A DNA stretch of 64,000 bases from a virus. The notes under the pieces are model-generated. The model saw nothing but the letters and a program-made list of their open reading frames with translations, did no database searches and was not told the origin of the DNA. The position numbers and the translations under genes are program-made. Below, one piece after another: positions 37,987-48,298 of this stretch. The DNA lies in the IMG/VR virus record IMGVR_UViG_3300005095_000072, positions 1 through 64,000 of that record; one strand, written 5' to 3'. Position 1 is the first letter of the stretch. Every line of letters starts with the position of its first letter.

Positions 37987-38829
37987 ATGAGTATAAAAAG
38001 AAGAACTAAAAAGAAAGCTAAAGATGAAGAGGTTAAAGAGACTGCAAAAAAGTCATCTTGGAGAAATAAAGCTGAGAAGCTAAAAGAAGCTGAACCTGAG
38101 AAAACAGATATAGAGGTCTATAAGCTCGAAAAGAAAGACCAAAAAGGTAGAATAGGCTTTCCTTTAACAGATGAGAACGGTGATGTAGTGATGATAAAGG
38201 TTGTTTATTTTAAAACTAAGTTCAAGCAAACATTAGCAGATGGAAAGTGGCACTCTTTTGTAGCTCCTGAACATAATCCTGAGTTAATGGCTATGTGTGA
38301 AGCTCATCCTATGTTAGAGAAAAAAGTAGAGAGAGTGACTCCTATAATTGTTTATGAAACAGATAGAAAAGGCAAAGTTATAGGGGATAGCTATGATATT
38401 ATGGCTCTTAAGATAAACAACCCTAGATTAATAGAGTTACAGGAGATAGATGAAGAGGACAATCTTGCAGAAGTTGATGTTAGAGTATCATTGAACCCAT
38501 CTAAAGATGTTAAGTTCCAAGAGATGAGATTCAAAGCTCTTAAAGATTGTCTATGGAGAGATAAGCTAGACACAGAAGAGATAGTTAAAGAGGTCGAAGC
38601 TTATGCAGATAGTGGAAAGCTTGAAAATGTCTTAGCATTTACTTATGATGACGATAAAATAGAAGCACTAGTAAGTGATGAGGAGTATGATGAAGACGAA
38701 GAAGAGTATGAAGATGATGAGGTAACAGAAGAAGACATTGATGAAGAAGAGTATGAAGATGACAATATAGATGATGAAGAAGAGGAAGAACCTGCTCCAA
38801 AGAAAAGAGCTAGAAAGAGAAGGAGGTAA
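37987..38829 (+). CDS. putative single-stranded DNA-binding protein
   Basis: Beta-rich core with a long acidic C-terminal tail, in the recombination cluster; AAGGAG RBS. Confidence 0.55.
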   Translation: MSIKRRTKKKAKDEEVKETAKKSSWRNKAEKLKEAEPEKTDIEVYKLEKKDQKGRIGFPLTDENGDVVMIKVVYFKTKFKQTLADGKWHSFVAPEHNPELMAMCEAHPMLEKKVERVTPIIVYETDRKGKVIGDSYDIMALKINNPRLIELQEIDEEDNLAEVDVRVSLNPSKDVKFQEMRFKALKDCLWRDKLDTEEIVKEVEAYADSGKLENVLAFTYDDDKIEALVSDEEYDEDEEEYEDDEVTEEDIDEEEYEDDNIDDEEEEEPAPKKRARKRRR

Positions 38830-38831
38830 TT

Positions 38832-39239
38832 ATGTATCCTTCTGATATTTTTAGAAAAAGTGTCTTTTTAGTTATAGTATTAACTTTTGTGGGGATACCT
38901 TTATATAAGTCAGTAGCAGACAGACCTTTGATAGAGAAATATAGTGAAGGTGTTATGACTAATGTATCTCCTACAAAGCTATCTCATAAAGGTTGGTATT
39001 GGAAAACTTGGGAGGGGTGGATACCTTTAGGTATGACTTCTGATGGTGATGGTAATCCTATGCTTGATAAGTGGTATTTTAGTATAGATAATGTTTCTAA
39101 TCAAAAAGAGATTATATCTTGTATAAGAAACAATAAAAGAGTTAATCTTTACTACACTGATAATATTATAGTTCCATACAAACTAGGAGAAGACCATTTA
39201 GTATATAAATGTGAACCATCAAATAAAGATAAACAGTAG
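38832..39239 (+). CDS. membrane-anchored hypothetical protein
   Basis: N-terminal TM; KLSHKGWYWKTWEG motif. Confidence 0.6.
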   Translation: MYPSDIFRKSVFLVIVLTFVGIPLYKSVADRPLIEKYSEGVMTNVSPTKLSHKGWYWKTWEGWIPLGMTSDGDGNPMLDKWYFSIDNVSNQKEIISCIRNNKRVNLYYTDNIIVPYKLGEDHLVYKCEPSNKDKQ

Positions 39240-39252
39240 GGTAAAACCTCTG

Positions 39253-39315
39253 TTTATCTCACTTAAGTAATTAAGGTTGTATTGTAGTAAGTATAAATTG
39301 TTTAAGTGAGATAAA
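39253..39315 (+). promoter_or_regulatory. RBS-sequestering 20-bp hairpin containing a TATAAAT motif, upstream of endonuclease VII
   Basis: 39253-39272 pairs with 39296-39315 (2 G-U), ending at the ATG. Confidence 0.6.
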
Positions 39316-39936
39316 ATGGGTAAAGAACAGCAAAAGATACAGCTTAAAAGATTAAGGAAATTAAAACCTCTAGGAAATCAAGCACAGAGAGATTTTAAGT
39401 ATCCTTTGTATCAAATGTCAAATAAAGATATTAAAGAGGTTAGAGAGCTGTTATATGAAGAACAAAAAGGTATATGTCCTATATGTGAATATAAGATTGA
39501 TAAGAGTATAGCAGTATTAGACCATCTTCATAAAGAGAAAGGACAAGTAAATGGAGAAGATGGAGCAGGTGCTATCAGACAAATGCTCTGTTTTCAATGC
39601 AATTCTCTTGATGGCAAATTGTTAAAACAGTTTCAAAGGTCAGGGCTTAAGAAGTATATAAAGTTCGACCATTGGGTGGAAAATTATTTAAGATATATAA
39701 GAAAAAAACCTAAATTGATAAAAGGAAAGTTATATATCCACCCAACAGAAAAAGAAGATGATTTATATATGGGGAAACAGTTATTCAATAAATTAAATAA
39801 ACTGTATAAAGAAAAATATCCTAATAGAAAACCTTTAGAAGTACCTAAAAGTATAAAAACTAGAGGAAAGTTTAGGGGTAAATGGAAGATAACTAAAAAG
39901 TGGGAAGATTTGTTAAAGGAGTTCAACCTTGAATAA
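39316..39936 (+). CDS. recombination endonuclease VII (Holliday junction resolvase)
   Basis: EQKGICPIC..VLDHLH..IRQMLCFQCN. Confidence 0.85.
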   Translation: MGKEQQKIQLKRLRKLKPLGNQAQRDFKYPLYQMSNKDIKEVRELLYEEQKGICPICEYKIDKSIAVLDHLHKEKGQVNGEDGAGAIRQMLCFQCNSLDGKLLKQFQRSGLKKYIKFDHWVENYLRYIRKKPKLIKGKLYIHPTEKEDDLYMGKQLFNKLNKLYKEKYPNRKPLEVPKSIKTRGKFRGKWKITKKWEDLLKEFNLE

Positions 39937-40114
39937 AGGATTGATTATTTTAAGAAAGTACGATAAAGTTACAAAAGGTGGCAAAAATAAAAGAGTTATT
40001 TTCTTATGCAGACAGTGTAAAGAAAAAGTAGATATGAATTACACTTGGTATAAGAAGTATGTAGAAAAAGAGCAGTTGTGTAGAAATTGTCAAAAGAAGA
40101 ACAAGGAGAAATAA
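39929..40114 (+). CDS. small zinc-finger protein
   Basis: CRQC...CRNC. Confidence 0.5.
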   Translation: MNKGLIILRKYDKVTKGGKNKRVIFLCRQCKEKVDMNYTWYKKYVEKEQLCRNCQKKNKEK

Positions 40115-40116
40115 AG

Positions 40117-41508
40117 ATGGGTAAAGGTTTCACTAAAGATATAATAAAACAAATACAAACTAAGTTCGGAAAAGAAAATGAAGATATAATATACAACCCT
40201 GATAAACCTATTGATTCTGTTTCTAGTGGCTCAGTAGTAGCTGATATGATAGTAAGAGACAAAGGTGATGGAGGGCTGTTAATAAAAGGTAGAATGACCG
40301 AGATATTTGGACCTGAGTCTAGCGGAAAAACCACCTTTGCTTTGCAGTCCATAGTTCAAGCACAAGAAAAAGGGTGGGTAGGGGCTTTCTTAGATTATGA
40401 ACAAACTTTTGATTATGATTATGCAAGAGCTTTAGGAGTTAAGATTGATGATAGCTTAATAGTTATTCAACCTGACGATGCAGAACAAGGAGAGAAAGTC
40501 CTTAATTACCTTGTAGGAGTAGGTAAAGATAATAAATTCCTTAAAAACCCACCTGTAGAGCTTGATTATCTTATAATAGATAGTATCGCCGCTTGTGCAC
40601 CTCGTAAGCTTATAGCTATTGAAAATTCAACAGGAGAAGGAGGAACTAAAGCCCTCCACGCCGCCTATTGGAGTAACTTTATAAGAAAACTAAACAGTAT
40701 CGCTAAGAAAAGGAAGATAGCTATATATCTAACTAATCAAGTTCGTAATAAGTTTAGTATGGGAGGGCAATTCCAAGCACAAGCTATGAAAGACACAGGT
40801 ATAGGAGCAGGGTTTAGTCAAGATGCAGGTTGGACTACAACAGGAGGACAAGCTGTAAGGTTTTATATGTCTGTGAGAAATCTTGTTTATCAAGCTAAGA
40901 AGTTAAAAGAAGTTAGAGAAGTGAACGGTGTTGAAAAAGATGTTGATGAAGCTATGTGGGTAGAGTTCAAAAATGTTAAAAATAAAATATCAGCACCTTT
41001 TAGAAAAGGTAGAGTAGTTATAAGATATGGACAAGGAACTGATGATTTACCTCCTATATTAGATTATCTGAAAGCAAATAAAGTTATTGTTACAAGTGGA
41101 GCTAAATATGTTTATAACTCATTAGATGGTAATCTTGACATAGAAGCTATAGGGGAAAAGAAGTTCAAAAAGTTAATAACTGATGAAGTATTTGAAGATA
41201 TGAAAGAACAGTATAAGCAGTTAAAAGCTATGGAGAACCCATTTGAAAATATAGATGAAGATATGAAAGCATTTATAACTGATGAAGACGAAGAAGAGTT
41301 AGATGATAGCATAGAGTTTGAGGAAGTTGACACCAACGAAGAAAATACAGATTTTGGAGAGGAAGATATACCTTTGAAAGATATGAATATAAAACAACTT
41401 GAAGCTCTTGTAGAAGAACTAAAAGAAGAGGATGGTATAGAAATTAAAATTAAAGGTAAAAAAACTAAAGCAAAATTGGTAAAGGAACTTTCAAAGTATT
41501 ATGAGTAA
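40117..41508 (+). CDS. recA: RecA-family recombinase with acidic linker and C-terminal Rho-N-like domain
   Basis: GRMTEIFGPESSGKTT, IIDSIAA, TNQVR, TTGGQA, KNK..PF. Confidence 0.9.
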   Translation: MGKGFTKDIIKQIQTKFGKENEDIIYNPDKPIDSVSSGSVVADMIVRDKGDGGLLIKGRMTEIFGPESSGKTTFALQSIVQAQEKGWVGAFLDYEQTFDYDYARALGVKIDDSLIVIQPDDAEQGEKVLNYLVGVGKDNKFLKNPPVELDYLIIDSIAACAPRKLIAIENSTGEGGTKALHAAYWSNFIRKLNSIAKKRKIAIYLTNQVRNKFSMGGQFQAQAMKDTGIGAGFSQDAGWTTTGGQAVRFYMSVRNLVYQAKKLKEVREVNGVEKDVDEAMWVEFKNVKNKISAPFRKGRVVIRYGQGTDDLPPILDYLKANKVIVTSGAKYVYNSLDGNLDIEAIGEKKFKKLITDEVFEDMKEQYKQLKAMENPFENIDEDMKAFITDEDEEELDDSIEFEEVDTNEENTDFGEEDIPLKDMNIKQLEALVEELKEEDGIEIKIKGKKTKAKLVKELSKYYE

Positions 41509-42343
41509 ATCAAACAATATAGATAGTATAAAAGTTAAGAAATCTAAGATACGAAAAAAGAGGATTAAAAAATCTTCTAAAGATAGCATTGTTAATAGTA
41601 GTACTAAAGAAATTAAGTTTCAAGATATGATTAATGATGTTACTTTAGGAGAAAGTGAAGAGTTGATTAAGCTTATTCCTAATAATTCCGTAGATTTAGT
41701 AATAACAGACCCTCCTTATCTTATGGATGCTGAAAGGAAGAATAATAGAGGAACTACTATTCACTCCTTACAAAAGTTCGACGATAAAGAGTTCTTAGCT
41801 TTATGCAATGGCTTTGATATAGATTTTTTCTTAGGTGAGTTTCAAAGAGTACTTAAAAAAGTAAATATGTTTATATTTTGTAGCAATAAACAGGTATCCT
41901 CTTTAATGAAGTGGGGAGAAGATAGAGGTTACATTGTTAATTTACTTGTGTGGCATAAATATAATGCAACTCCTTTTTCTAATGGAGTATATAAAGCAGA
42001 CGTTGAGTTCATAGTGCATATTAGAGAAGGTGGGAGCATTTTTAAAGGTAAATCAACTATAAAAAATAAAGTCTTTAAAATACCTAGTGTAGTGAGTAAG
42101 TATGGACATCCAACTGAAAAACCTGTATTCTTTTATCAAAGATTTATTGATTTATGTGCTAATGATGGAGATTTAATACTAGACCCATTTGCAGGTAGTG
42201 GCACTTTAGCAGAAGCTTGTAATCATCATAAAAACATAAAGAATTTGAAGTTTATCTTATTTGAAAAATCAGAGAAATACTATAAAGTTTGTAAAGAAAG
42301 GATTAAAGGAACTTCTAAAGATTGGAGTAGTTTTTTCAAATAG
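41501..42343 (+). CDS. DNA N6-adenine/N4-cytosine methyltransferase (beta class)
   Basis: VDLVITDPPY ... HPTEKP ... ILDPFAGSGT. Confidence 0.9.
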   Translation: MSKSNNIDSIKVKKSKIRKKRIKKSSKDSIVNSSTKEIKFQDMINDVTLGESEELIKLIPNNSVDLVITDPPYLMDAERKNNRGTTIHSLQKFDDKEFLALCNGFDIDFFLGEFQRVLKKVNMFIFCSNKQVSSLMKWGEDRGYIVNLLVWHKYNATPFSNGVYKADVEFIVHIREGGSIFKGKSTIKNKVFKIPSVVSKYGHPTEKPVFFYQRFIDLCANDGDLILDPFAGSGTLAEACNHHKNIKNLKFILFEKSEKYYKVCKERIKGTSKDWSSFFK

Positions 42344-42382
42344 AACTTAGTATATTGTTGTAAAGATTTTAAGAGGAAAGAA

Positions 42383-42814
42383 ATGAAGCAAGTTATAGAC
42401 GATAGTGGAGTTATTGATAGTAGTGTAAAAAGATTATATGATTTGATAAAAGATATAGCAGTTATCATTATTCCTCTTTATAGAAAACCTATAACATTAT
42501 ACTTTAAAAATAGTAAAATATCTTACAATGAAATTGATAATCCTTTAGACGAAGAAGATGAGTATCTGACTATTCATTTAGAATTATCTGAACCTATTTC
42601 TTTATCTAGTATAGTTAGTTATGGAGAGTCAATAACTAAAGATAATTATTTGAGTAATCCTCAATATTTTGTTTTTAAACAGTTATTAGAAACTGAAATT
42701 GAAAACAGATTTAGAAAGTATATGAATTGCACTGTAGAAATTGAAGATATAAATGATGGGTTAAGCAATGATGAATTGATATATGAAATCAATGTAAAGG
42801 TTTATAATGGGTAA
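42383..42814 (+). CDS. hypothetical protein
   Basis: GAGGA RBS. Confidence 0.55.
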   Translation: MKQVIDDSGVIDSSVKRLYDLIKDIAVIIIPLYRKPITLYFKNSKISYNEIDNPLDEEDEYLTIHLELSEPISLSSIVSYGESITKDNYLSNPQYFVFKQLLETEIENRFRKYMNCTVEIEDINDGLSNDELIYEINVKVYNG

Positions 42815-44021
42815 AGGAAAAAACATATATACATTAAAATTACATAACTTTCAAAGAATAAAAGAACAAGAGCTTAAATTCTTTGGATTTACAGTAATTG
42901 AAGGAGCATCAGACTTAGGTAAATCTTCTATAAGAAGAGCTATTAGCTTAGTAACTCAAAATCAATGGAATAAATCTTTTGTTAGAGACGGAGAGAAGAG
43001 CTGTATTGTTAATTTTAGTTCTAATGATTTTAAGATAGAGTGTAATAGAGGGGGTAAACTAAACAAGTTCAAGTTAGTTAAAGATGGTAAAACATACATC
43101 TATGAAAAAACAGGAAAAGATGTACCAGAGAAAATAAAAGAAGTAGGCTTCGATTATCTGCATTTAAAAAATGAAAAGCTGAACTTAAATATAGTAGGGC
43201 AGTTCGACCCTCTCTTTATGGTAGGCTTTAATACAACTATGAATACAAATATTTTAAATAGTATCTTTGATATTGATTATATTGAAAAAGCAGGGGAGTT
43301 ATTAGTCAAGGACTTTAATTCTCAAAAAAGAGAACTGAAAAGAGAATTACAGGCTTTAGAGAAAAAAGAAAAAGAGCTACAATACAACAAAGAGCTTTTA
43401 GAAAAATATACCAACTTAGAAAAAGCTTTATCTGTAGTAGATAGAATATCTTTATATAAAGATTATTTCAATAAAGAGAAAGAGGTCAGTATTTTAGATT
43501 TAAGGCTTAAAAAGCTTCAAGGTATATCAAAGTATAGAGAAGTTATTAAAAAGCTAAATAAGCTTAGTTCTGTGGCTCAAAAAAGGGTTAAATATATAAA
43601 AGATTTAAAGATAATCCAAAAGAGGATAAATTTATATAACAATATTGTTATAATTGATGATATAAACCATTTAAAAGAAATCCACTTAGAAAGAGAAGAG
43701 TTAGAAAAAGAGCTTAAAAATTTATTTAAGAAAAATGAACTATTAAAATATATTAGCATTGTTAAGTCTATTAACCACTATAACCATATATTTTTAGAGT
43801 ATAGTATTAAGTCAATGAAAGTAGAACTTATAAAGAAAGTAGAAAGTTATTATAAGATAGATAAGTACTTAAGTATATATGAAAAGTATCAAAAAGTGCA
43901 AAAAGATATTAAGCTTATTGTTAAGAGATATAAAGAAGTTAAAAAGAAATTAGATAATATGACTTGTCCAACTTGTGGTAGTGTATTATCTAAAGTTCAT
44001 AATCATAAAGGAAAGAGATGA
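42807..44021 (+). CDS. SbcC/Rad50-like ATPase, N-terminal half (Walker A, Q-loop, coiled coil, zinc hook)
   Basis: LHNFQ, GASDLGKSS, IVGQFDP; ends CPTCG. Confidence 0.8.
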   Translation: MGKGKNIYTLKLHNFQRIKEQELKFFGFTVIEGASDLGKSSIRRAISLVTQNQWNKSFVRDGEKSCIVNFSSNDFKIECNRGGKLNKFKLVKDGKTYIYEKTGKDVPEKIKEVGFDYLHLKNEKLNLNIVGQFDPLFMVGFNTTMNTNILNSIFDIDYIEKAGELLVKDFNSQKRELKRELQALEKKEKELQYNKELLEKYTNLEKALSVVDRISLYKDYFNKEKEVSILDLRLKKLQGISKYREVIKKLNKLSSVAQKRVKYIKDLKIIQKRINLYNNIVIIDDINHLKEIHLEREELEKELKNLFKKNELLKYISIVKSINHYNHIFLEYSIKSMKVELIKKVESYYKIDKYLSIYEKYQKVQKDIKLIVKRYKEVKKKLDNMTCPTCGSVLSKVHNHKGKR

Positions 44022-44473
44022 AAATTAAAGCAAGTGTATATAATAAACAACCTATTTTAATGATAGAGGAAATAAAAGATAACAACAAATATATAAATAT
44101 GGATTCTGTAGCTCCTGATGTAGTTCAAACAATAACTAGAGAGTATGTAGAGGCAGAACTTAGAATAGTCGCAGACGAAGCCCAATCATTGTCTATGTTT
44201 AAGGATGAGGCTGTTAAGAAATTAACAAAACAGTATGTAGAGAATCACATGGTTGTAGAAAGGCATTACACAGAAATACCTTACACACATTCATATATAG
44301 CTAGATTAAAAGTTGCAGAAGATAAAGATATACAAGAACTAAGAGTGTGTAAAGAAAAGGTTATAAATTTAGAAACTGCTGTTGAGTTACAAAAACAGAT
44401 GATAGACTCAAAAGATAAGATAATAGAAGAGCTAAAAAATAGAACTATATGGGATTATATATCTATATGGTGA
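44018..44473 (+). CDS. hypothetical protein
   Basis: Coupled ORF, AAGGA RBS. Confidence 0.55.
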   Translation: MKIKASVYNKQPILMIEEIKDNNKYINMDSVAPDVVQTITREYVEAELRIVADEAQSLSMFKDEAVKKLTKQYVENHMVVERHYTEIPYTHSYIARLKVAEDKDIQELRVCKEKVINLETAVELQKQMIDSKDKIIEELKNRTIWDYISIW

Positions 44474-44481
44474 GGTAATCT

Positions 44482-45543
44482 ATGGAGAAGTTAGTAGATA
44501 GTTTCTTTGTCATAAAAGACCCTCATAACAGATTTGGTTTTAATGTTCCTATATCAAGGCAAGATACCTATTTTGATGAGATTAAAGATAAATATAAACA
44601 TTTAAAAGAGCTTGGAAAAAAGTATAATGTTAAAAAGCTTTATATAGCAGGGGATATAAATGACATAAAGACTTTACATCTATGGTTATTTAAACATACT
44701 AAATTGAACTCAAAAGTATTAGAAGATTTAAAAGAGCAGTTTAATATTTTTACGATAGCAGGTAATCACGATTTACCTTATTCATCTAAAGAGTATAAAC
44801 AGGAAAGTGTCTATCAGCACTATGTAGATAACAATTTAATCAACGATATTGATAATAGATATATAGTTCATAAAAGTTATATAATTGTAGGACTAGACTT
44901 TGAATCAAAGATAAAGAACTTAGAAGATAGACTTAAAAAAGTAAATGCTAAATTTAAGAGATTGAAGAGTAAATACCCTCAAAAAAAGATGATTGTAATG
45001 TTTCATGAACATATAACACCTAATCCTGATAATGAACCTGAGTTAAAGTATTCAACTTATTTTAGTTATGATTATTTAGCTAAGAAGTATAAATATATAG
45101 ATATGTTTATAGCAGGTCATTACCATAAAGGCTACCCAACTACAACATATAAAAGAAAGATATTTGTAAATCCTTTTAATTTTGCAAGGTTAGCTAGAAG
45201 TAACTACACTTTAGATGGCTCACATAAACCAACTGTAACAATGGTTAGATTTTATAAAAACAAAGATAAAATTATTGTTAAGTATAAAGATATAGTATTG
45301 AGGCATAAACCTTTTGAGGAAGCTATCAAGATAGATAAAATATTAGAAGAAGCTAAGGCTGAACTTTCTATAGATGAGTTTGTAAGCAATATAAACTCTT
45401 TAGATGATATTAAGTCAATGCTTAGTGATGATAATCTTTCAATGTATGATATTGATAAGCTTGATGAAGCTAACCTAAGTGATGAAGTTAAGGAAAAAAT
45501 AAAGTATTACATATCTTCTGCTAAAGAAAGTCAAAGAGGGTAA
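44482..45543 (+). CDS. SbcD/Mre11-like metallophosphoesterase nuclease
   Basis: DPH, AGDI, GNHD, MFHE, GHYH motifs. Confidence 0.85.
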   Translation: MEKLVDSFFVIKDPHNRFGFNVPISRQDTYFDEIKDKYKHLKELGKKYNVKKLYIAGDINDIKTLHLWLFKHTKLNSKVLEDLKEQFNIFTIAGNHDLPYSSKEYKQESVYQHYVDNNLINDIDNRYIVHKSYIIVGLDFESKIKNLEDRLKKVNAKFKRLKSKYPQKKMIVMFHEHITPNPDNEPELKYSTYFSYDYLAKKYKYIDMFIAGHYHKGYPTTTYKRKIFVNPFNFARLARSNYTLDGSHKPTVTMVRFYKNKDKIIVKYKDIVLRHKPFEEAIKIDKILEEAKAELSIDEFVSNINSLDDIKSMLSDDNLSMYDIDKLDEANLSDEVKEKIKYYISSAKESQRG

Positions 45544-45547
45544 AAAG

Positions 45548-46498
45548 ATGAGTGAAAATTCTAATAGACGAGTAATTAGTAGGAAATACCAAAGACCAAT
45601 ATATGTATCTTATAGTATGTATAAATGTTATAAGAGCTGTAAAGAATGGTTTAGGCAGAAGTATATACTTAAAAAACAAGTAACATCTGACAATGAAGAT
45701 TATAATGGTTATCATAGTGCAGTAGGTAAAGCTATTCAAGCAGTTTTTGAAAATGTTATAAATAAAGGTATCAACTATAAAGATTTAGATATTTTATTTC
45801 AAAAAATAGACAAAGATATAATCAATATTTCAAATATCTTATATAGCGATATTGATAAGATAAACTCAATGGATAGAGTTGTTAGTATTGATGGAAACAC
45901 TATTATAAAAGAGTTCGAGCCAACTCATATAAAATCTCTAAGTGGTGGAACTTTAAAAAGTGCTAGGATTGATTTTATAAGAGAGGTGATATCTGTTTAT
46001 AAAAACCCTTTAAAAACTTTGTTAAGTACTTATGATGTTAAACATATATCAAGTGAAGTGAAATTAAGTTACCTAAATAAAGAGTTGAACTTAAATATGA
46101 ATGGAATATTAGACTTTCTAATTTATGATAAAGCTTCAGATAGTTATATTATATTTGATGGGAAAAGAACTTATAATCCTGATTATATAGATAAAGAACA
46201 GCTAATATTTTATAAAATACTTGTAGAGAAGAACTATAAAAAGAAAGTTAAAAAACTAGGCTTTATAGATTTTACAACAGGTGAAACACATCTTATTAAA
46301 GTAACTGAAAAAGATGTTAAAGAGTATCTAAAAGATTTATCTAAGTTTGCTAATGATTATAGTAATATAGAGAAAGAACAAAAATGTAAAATAGGCTACC
46401 ACTGTAATTGGTGTCCTATAAATAATGATTGTTTAGTTTATAGCAAAAAGACTGTATATGATGGTAAGAAATTAAAATATCAAAAGATTAAAGGGTAA
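45548..46498 (+). CDS. PD-(D/E)XK Cas4/AddB-like exonuclease with Fe-S Cys motif
   Basis: SYS..KCYKSC, SEVK, GILDFL, IFDGK, QLIFY, CNWCPINNDC. Confidence 0.8.
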   Translation: MSENSNRRVISRKYQRPIYVSYSMYKCYKSCKEWFRQKYILKKQVTSDNEDYNGYHSAVGKAIQAVFENVINKGINYKDLDILFQKIDKDIINISNILYSDIDKINSMDRVVSIDGNTIIKEFEPTHIKSLSGGTLKSARIDFIREVISVYKNPLKTLLSTYDVKHISSEVKLSYLNKELNLNMNGILDFLIYDKASDSYIIFDGKRTYNPDYIDKEQLIFYKILVEKNYKKKVKKLGFIDFTTGETHLIKVTEKDVKEYLKDLSKFANDYSNIEKEQKCKIGYHCNWCPINNDCLVYSKKTVYDGKKLKYQKIKG

Positions 46499-46501
46499 AA
46501 G

Positions 46502-46633
46502 ATGGCATGGATACCTTTTCTAAATGACGAAGAGAACGAGAGCTTTAGGGATCTATTTGAAGAAATAGATATAAGTGATTCTGAACAAGAATATTACCCT
46601 TGTGAAGATGATGCAGAGGAAGACAATGACTAA
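46502..46633 (+). CDS. small highly acidic protein (43 aa; not in the ORF track)
   Basis: MAWIPFLNDEENESFRDLFEEIDISDSEQEYYPCEDDAEEDND; fills the gap and couples to the next ORF. Confidence 0.5.
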   Translation: MAWIPFLNDEENESFRDLFEEIDISDSEQEYYPCEDDAEEDND

Positions 46634-47051
46634 GCTAAGTAGAATAGATTTAGTAGCTTTGTGTAGCAATTATTGTGATTTATATGAGAAAGAATCAACT
46701 AGCAAACAATTAGAGTTTTATAAAACAAAATTAGGAGTTAAGGTTAATAGAAAATCTAGCAACACTTTTGTTAGGATTTATAATTCATTTGCTAGAGAAG
46801 AGTATAAGATAGGTGATAAAGATGATATGAGTGTCAATAAACTACTATATTTTGTTTTTAGGGCAATACCTTATAAAGTTCCTTTAGGTGATATGAATAA
46901 ATATCTTTTAGACACTAAGTTAGATGTAGATGTTAATCAAATATCTAAGAAAGAGAAAAAAGAACTGGTAGAGAAAACTGTTAATGACAAGTTAAATAAA
47001 TATTGGAAAGAAAAAGGATACATAGATGGGAAAAGTGAAGAAGATAAATGA
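46626..47051 (+). CDS. hypothetical protein
   Basis: ATG 46626 after GAGGA. Confidence 0.55.
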   Translation: MTKLSRIDLVALCSNYCDLYEKESTSKQLEFYKTKLGVKVNRKSSNTFVRIYNSFAREEYKIGDKDDMSVNKLLYFVFRAIPYKVPLGDMNKYLLDTKLDVDVNQISKKEKKELVEKTVNDKLNKYWKEKGYIDGKSEEDK

Positions 47052-47313
47052 AGATGAAATACTTGAAAAGTTTGAAGAACTTAAGTTAGATGAAAAGAAT
47101 TTATCTAAGCAGAAAACTAAGTTAGAGTTAGAGCTTGATAGGTTAGAGGAAGAACTGAATGAGCTTGAAGAGGATTTATCCAAAGATTTAGGTAAAGATA
47201 TATCTATTAACTCAGAAGAAGACTTAGAGGATTTAGAGTTAATTAAGAAAGATTATCTAAAAAAAGCTAACGAGCTTATAGAAGAAATAGAGGAGCTTGA
47301 AAAAGATGGCTAA
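47026..47313 (+). CDS. small acidic coiled-coil protein (possible SbcC-associated piece)
   Basis: Strong heptad repeat; lies between the SbcC halves. Confidence 0.55.
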   Translation: MGKVKKINEDEILEKFEELKLDEKNLSKQKTKLELELDRLEEELNELEEDLSKDLGKDISINSEEDLEDLELIKKDYLKKANELIEEIEELEKDG

Positions 47314-47494
47314 ATATCTTAAGCAAAATGGAGATAGAGTTAAATTTAACAACTGCTATGTCAAGATTGACAATAAAGGTAGATTGTATATAGAGGAGGG
47401 TAGTGTAAAGAGGTATGTAGTTAAATGCAACGGCAATATTGATTATGCTACAAAAGATAAAATAAAAGAAGTTACTAAAACAAATAGAACTTAA
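47306..47494 (+). CDS. hypothetical protein
   Basis: Coupled small ORF. Confidence 0.45.
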   Translation: MAKYLKQNGDRVKFNNCYVKIDNKGRLYIEEGSVKRYVVKCNGNIDYATKDKIKEVTKTNRT

Positions 47495-47520
47495 TTTTAA
47501 AAGTTATAAAAGGATAAAAG

Positions 47521-48285
47521 ATGGGATTACAGATATTTAGTATAGATATAGAAACAACTGGTTTATCTCCTGATAACTCAGATTTATTGGAAATAGGGTT
47601 AGCTTATTATGATTTTGAAAAGATGAAAGGAAAGACTTATCAAGAGATGTTAAGTGAAGTTCCTAAAAGAAAAATCATAACTAAGTTAAAGAAGTATAAT
47701 CAACTTCAAGGAAATATAGTTGCTTTTGAAATGCACTTAACAAGTGGGCTTTTACAGAACTATAAAAATTTAGATAAGGTTGAAGATATTGAACTTGAAG
47801 AAGATGTAGTTGTAGCTCACAGCTCTTTTGATGTTATAATACAGATATATAAATTTATGCTTGATGTAGGATATATTACAGATAAAGAGTTAAAAGAAAA
47901 AGGATTAGAGTTTTTAACAGCAAACTACTATAATCTAGACGATGTTGTTTCTATAGTTAAAGATTATAATTTCAGAAAAACAATAACGGTAGCAGGTAAA
48001 AATGTAGCAAGTTTTGATATACCTTATTTACAAAACTTGCTACTTGAATGGAATAAGTATATGAGAGTTCGTCATAGAGTATTTGATCCTACAGTATTTT
48101 TCTATGATAAGAGCTTAGATAGACTTCCTGATTTAAAACAATGTATGGATATCGCTAAAAATACAGATGAGAGTTTTCCTAGTGGAGAAGTTGCTCATGA
48201 TTCTTTAAGTGATTGTTTAGATGTGTTAAAATTGATACACTATGTAAATAATAGATATGATATATCTAAAACTTTAATAAATTAA
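47521..48285 (+). CDS. DEDDh-family 3'-5' exonuclease
   Basis: SIDIETTGL, AGKNVASFD, HDSLSDC. Confidence 0.8.
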   Translation: MGLQIFSIDIETTGLSPDNSDLLEIGLAYYDFEKMKGKTYQEMLSEVPKRKIITKLKKYNQLQGNIVAFEMHLTSGLLQNYKNLDKVEDIELEEDVVVAHSSFDVIIQIYKFMLDVGYITDKELKEKGLEFLTANYYNLDDVVSIVKDYNFRKTITVAGKNVASFDIPYLQNLLLEWNKYMRVRHRVFDPTVFFYDKSLDRLPDLKQCMDIAKNTDESFPSGEVAHDSLSDCLDVLKLIHYVNNRYDISKTLIN

Positions 48286-48298
48286 AAGGAGATAATAA

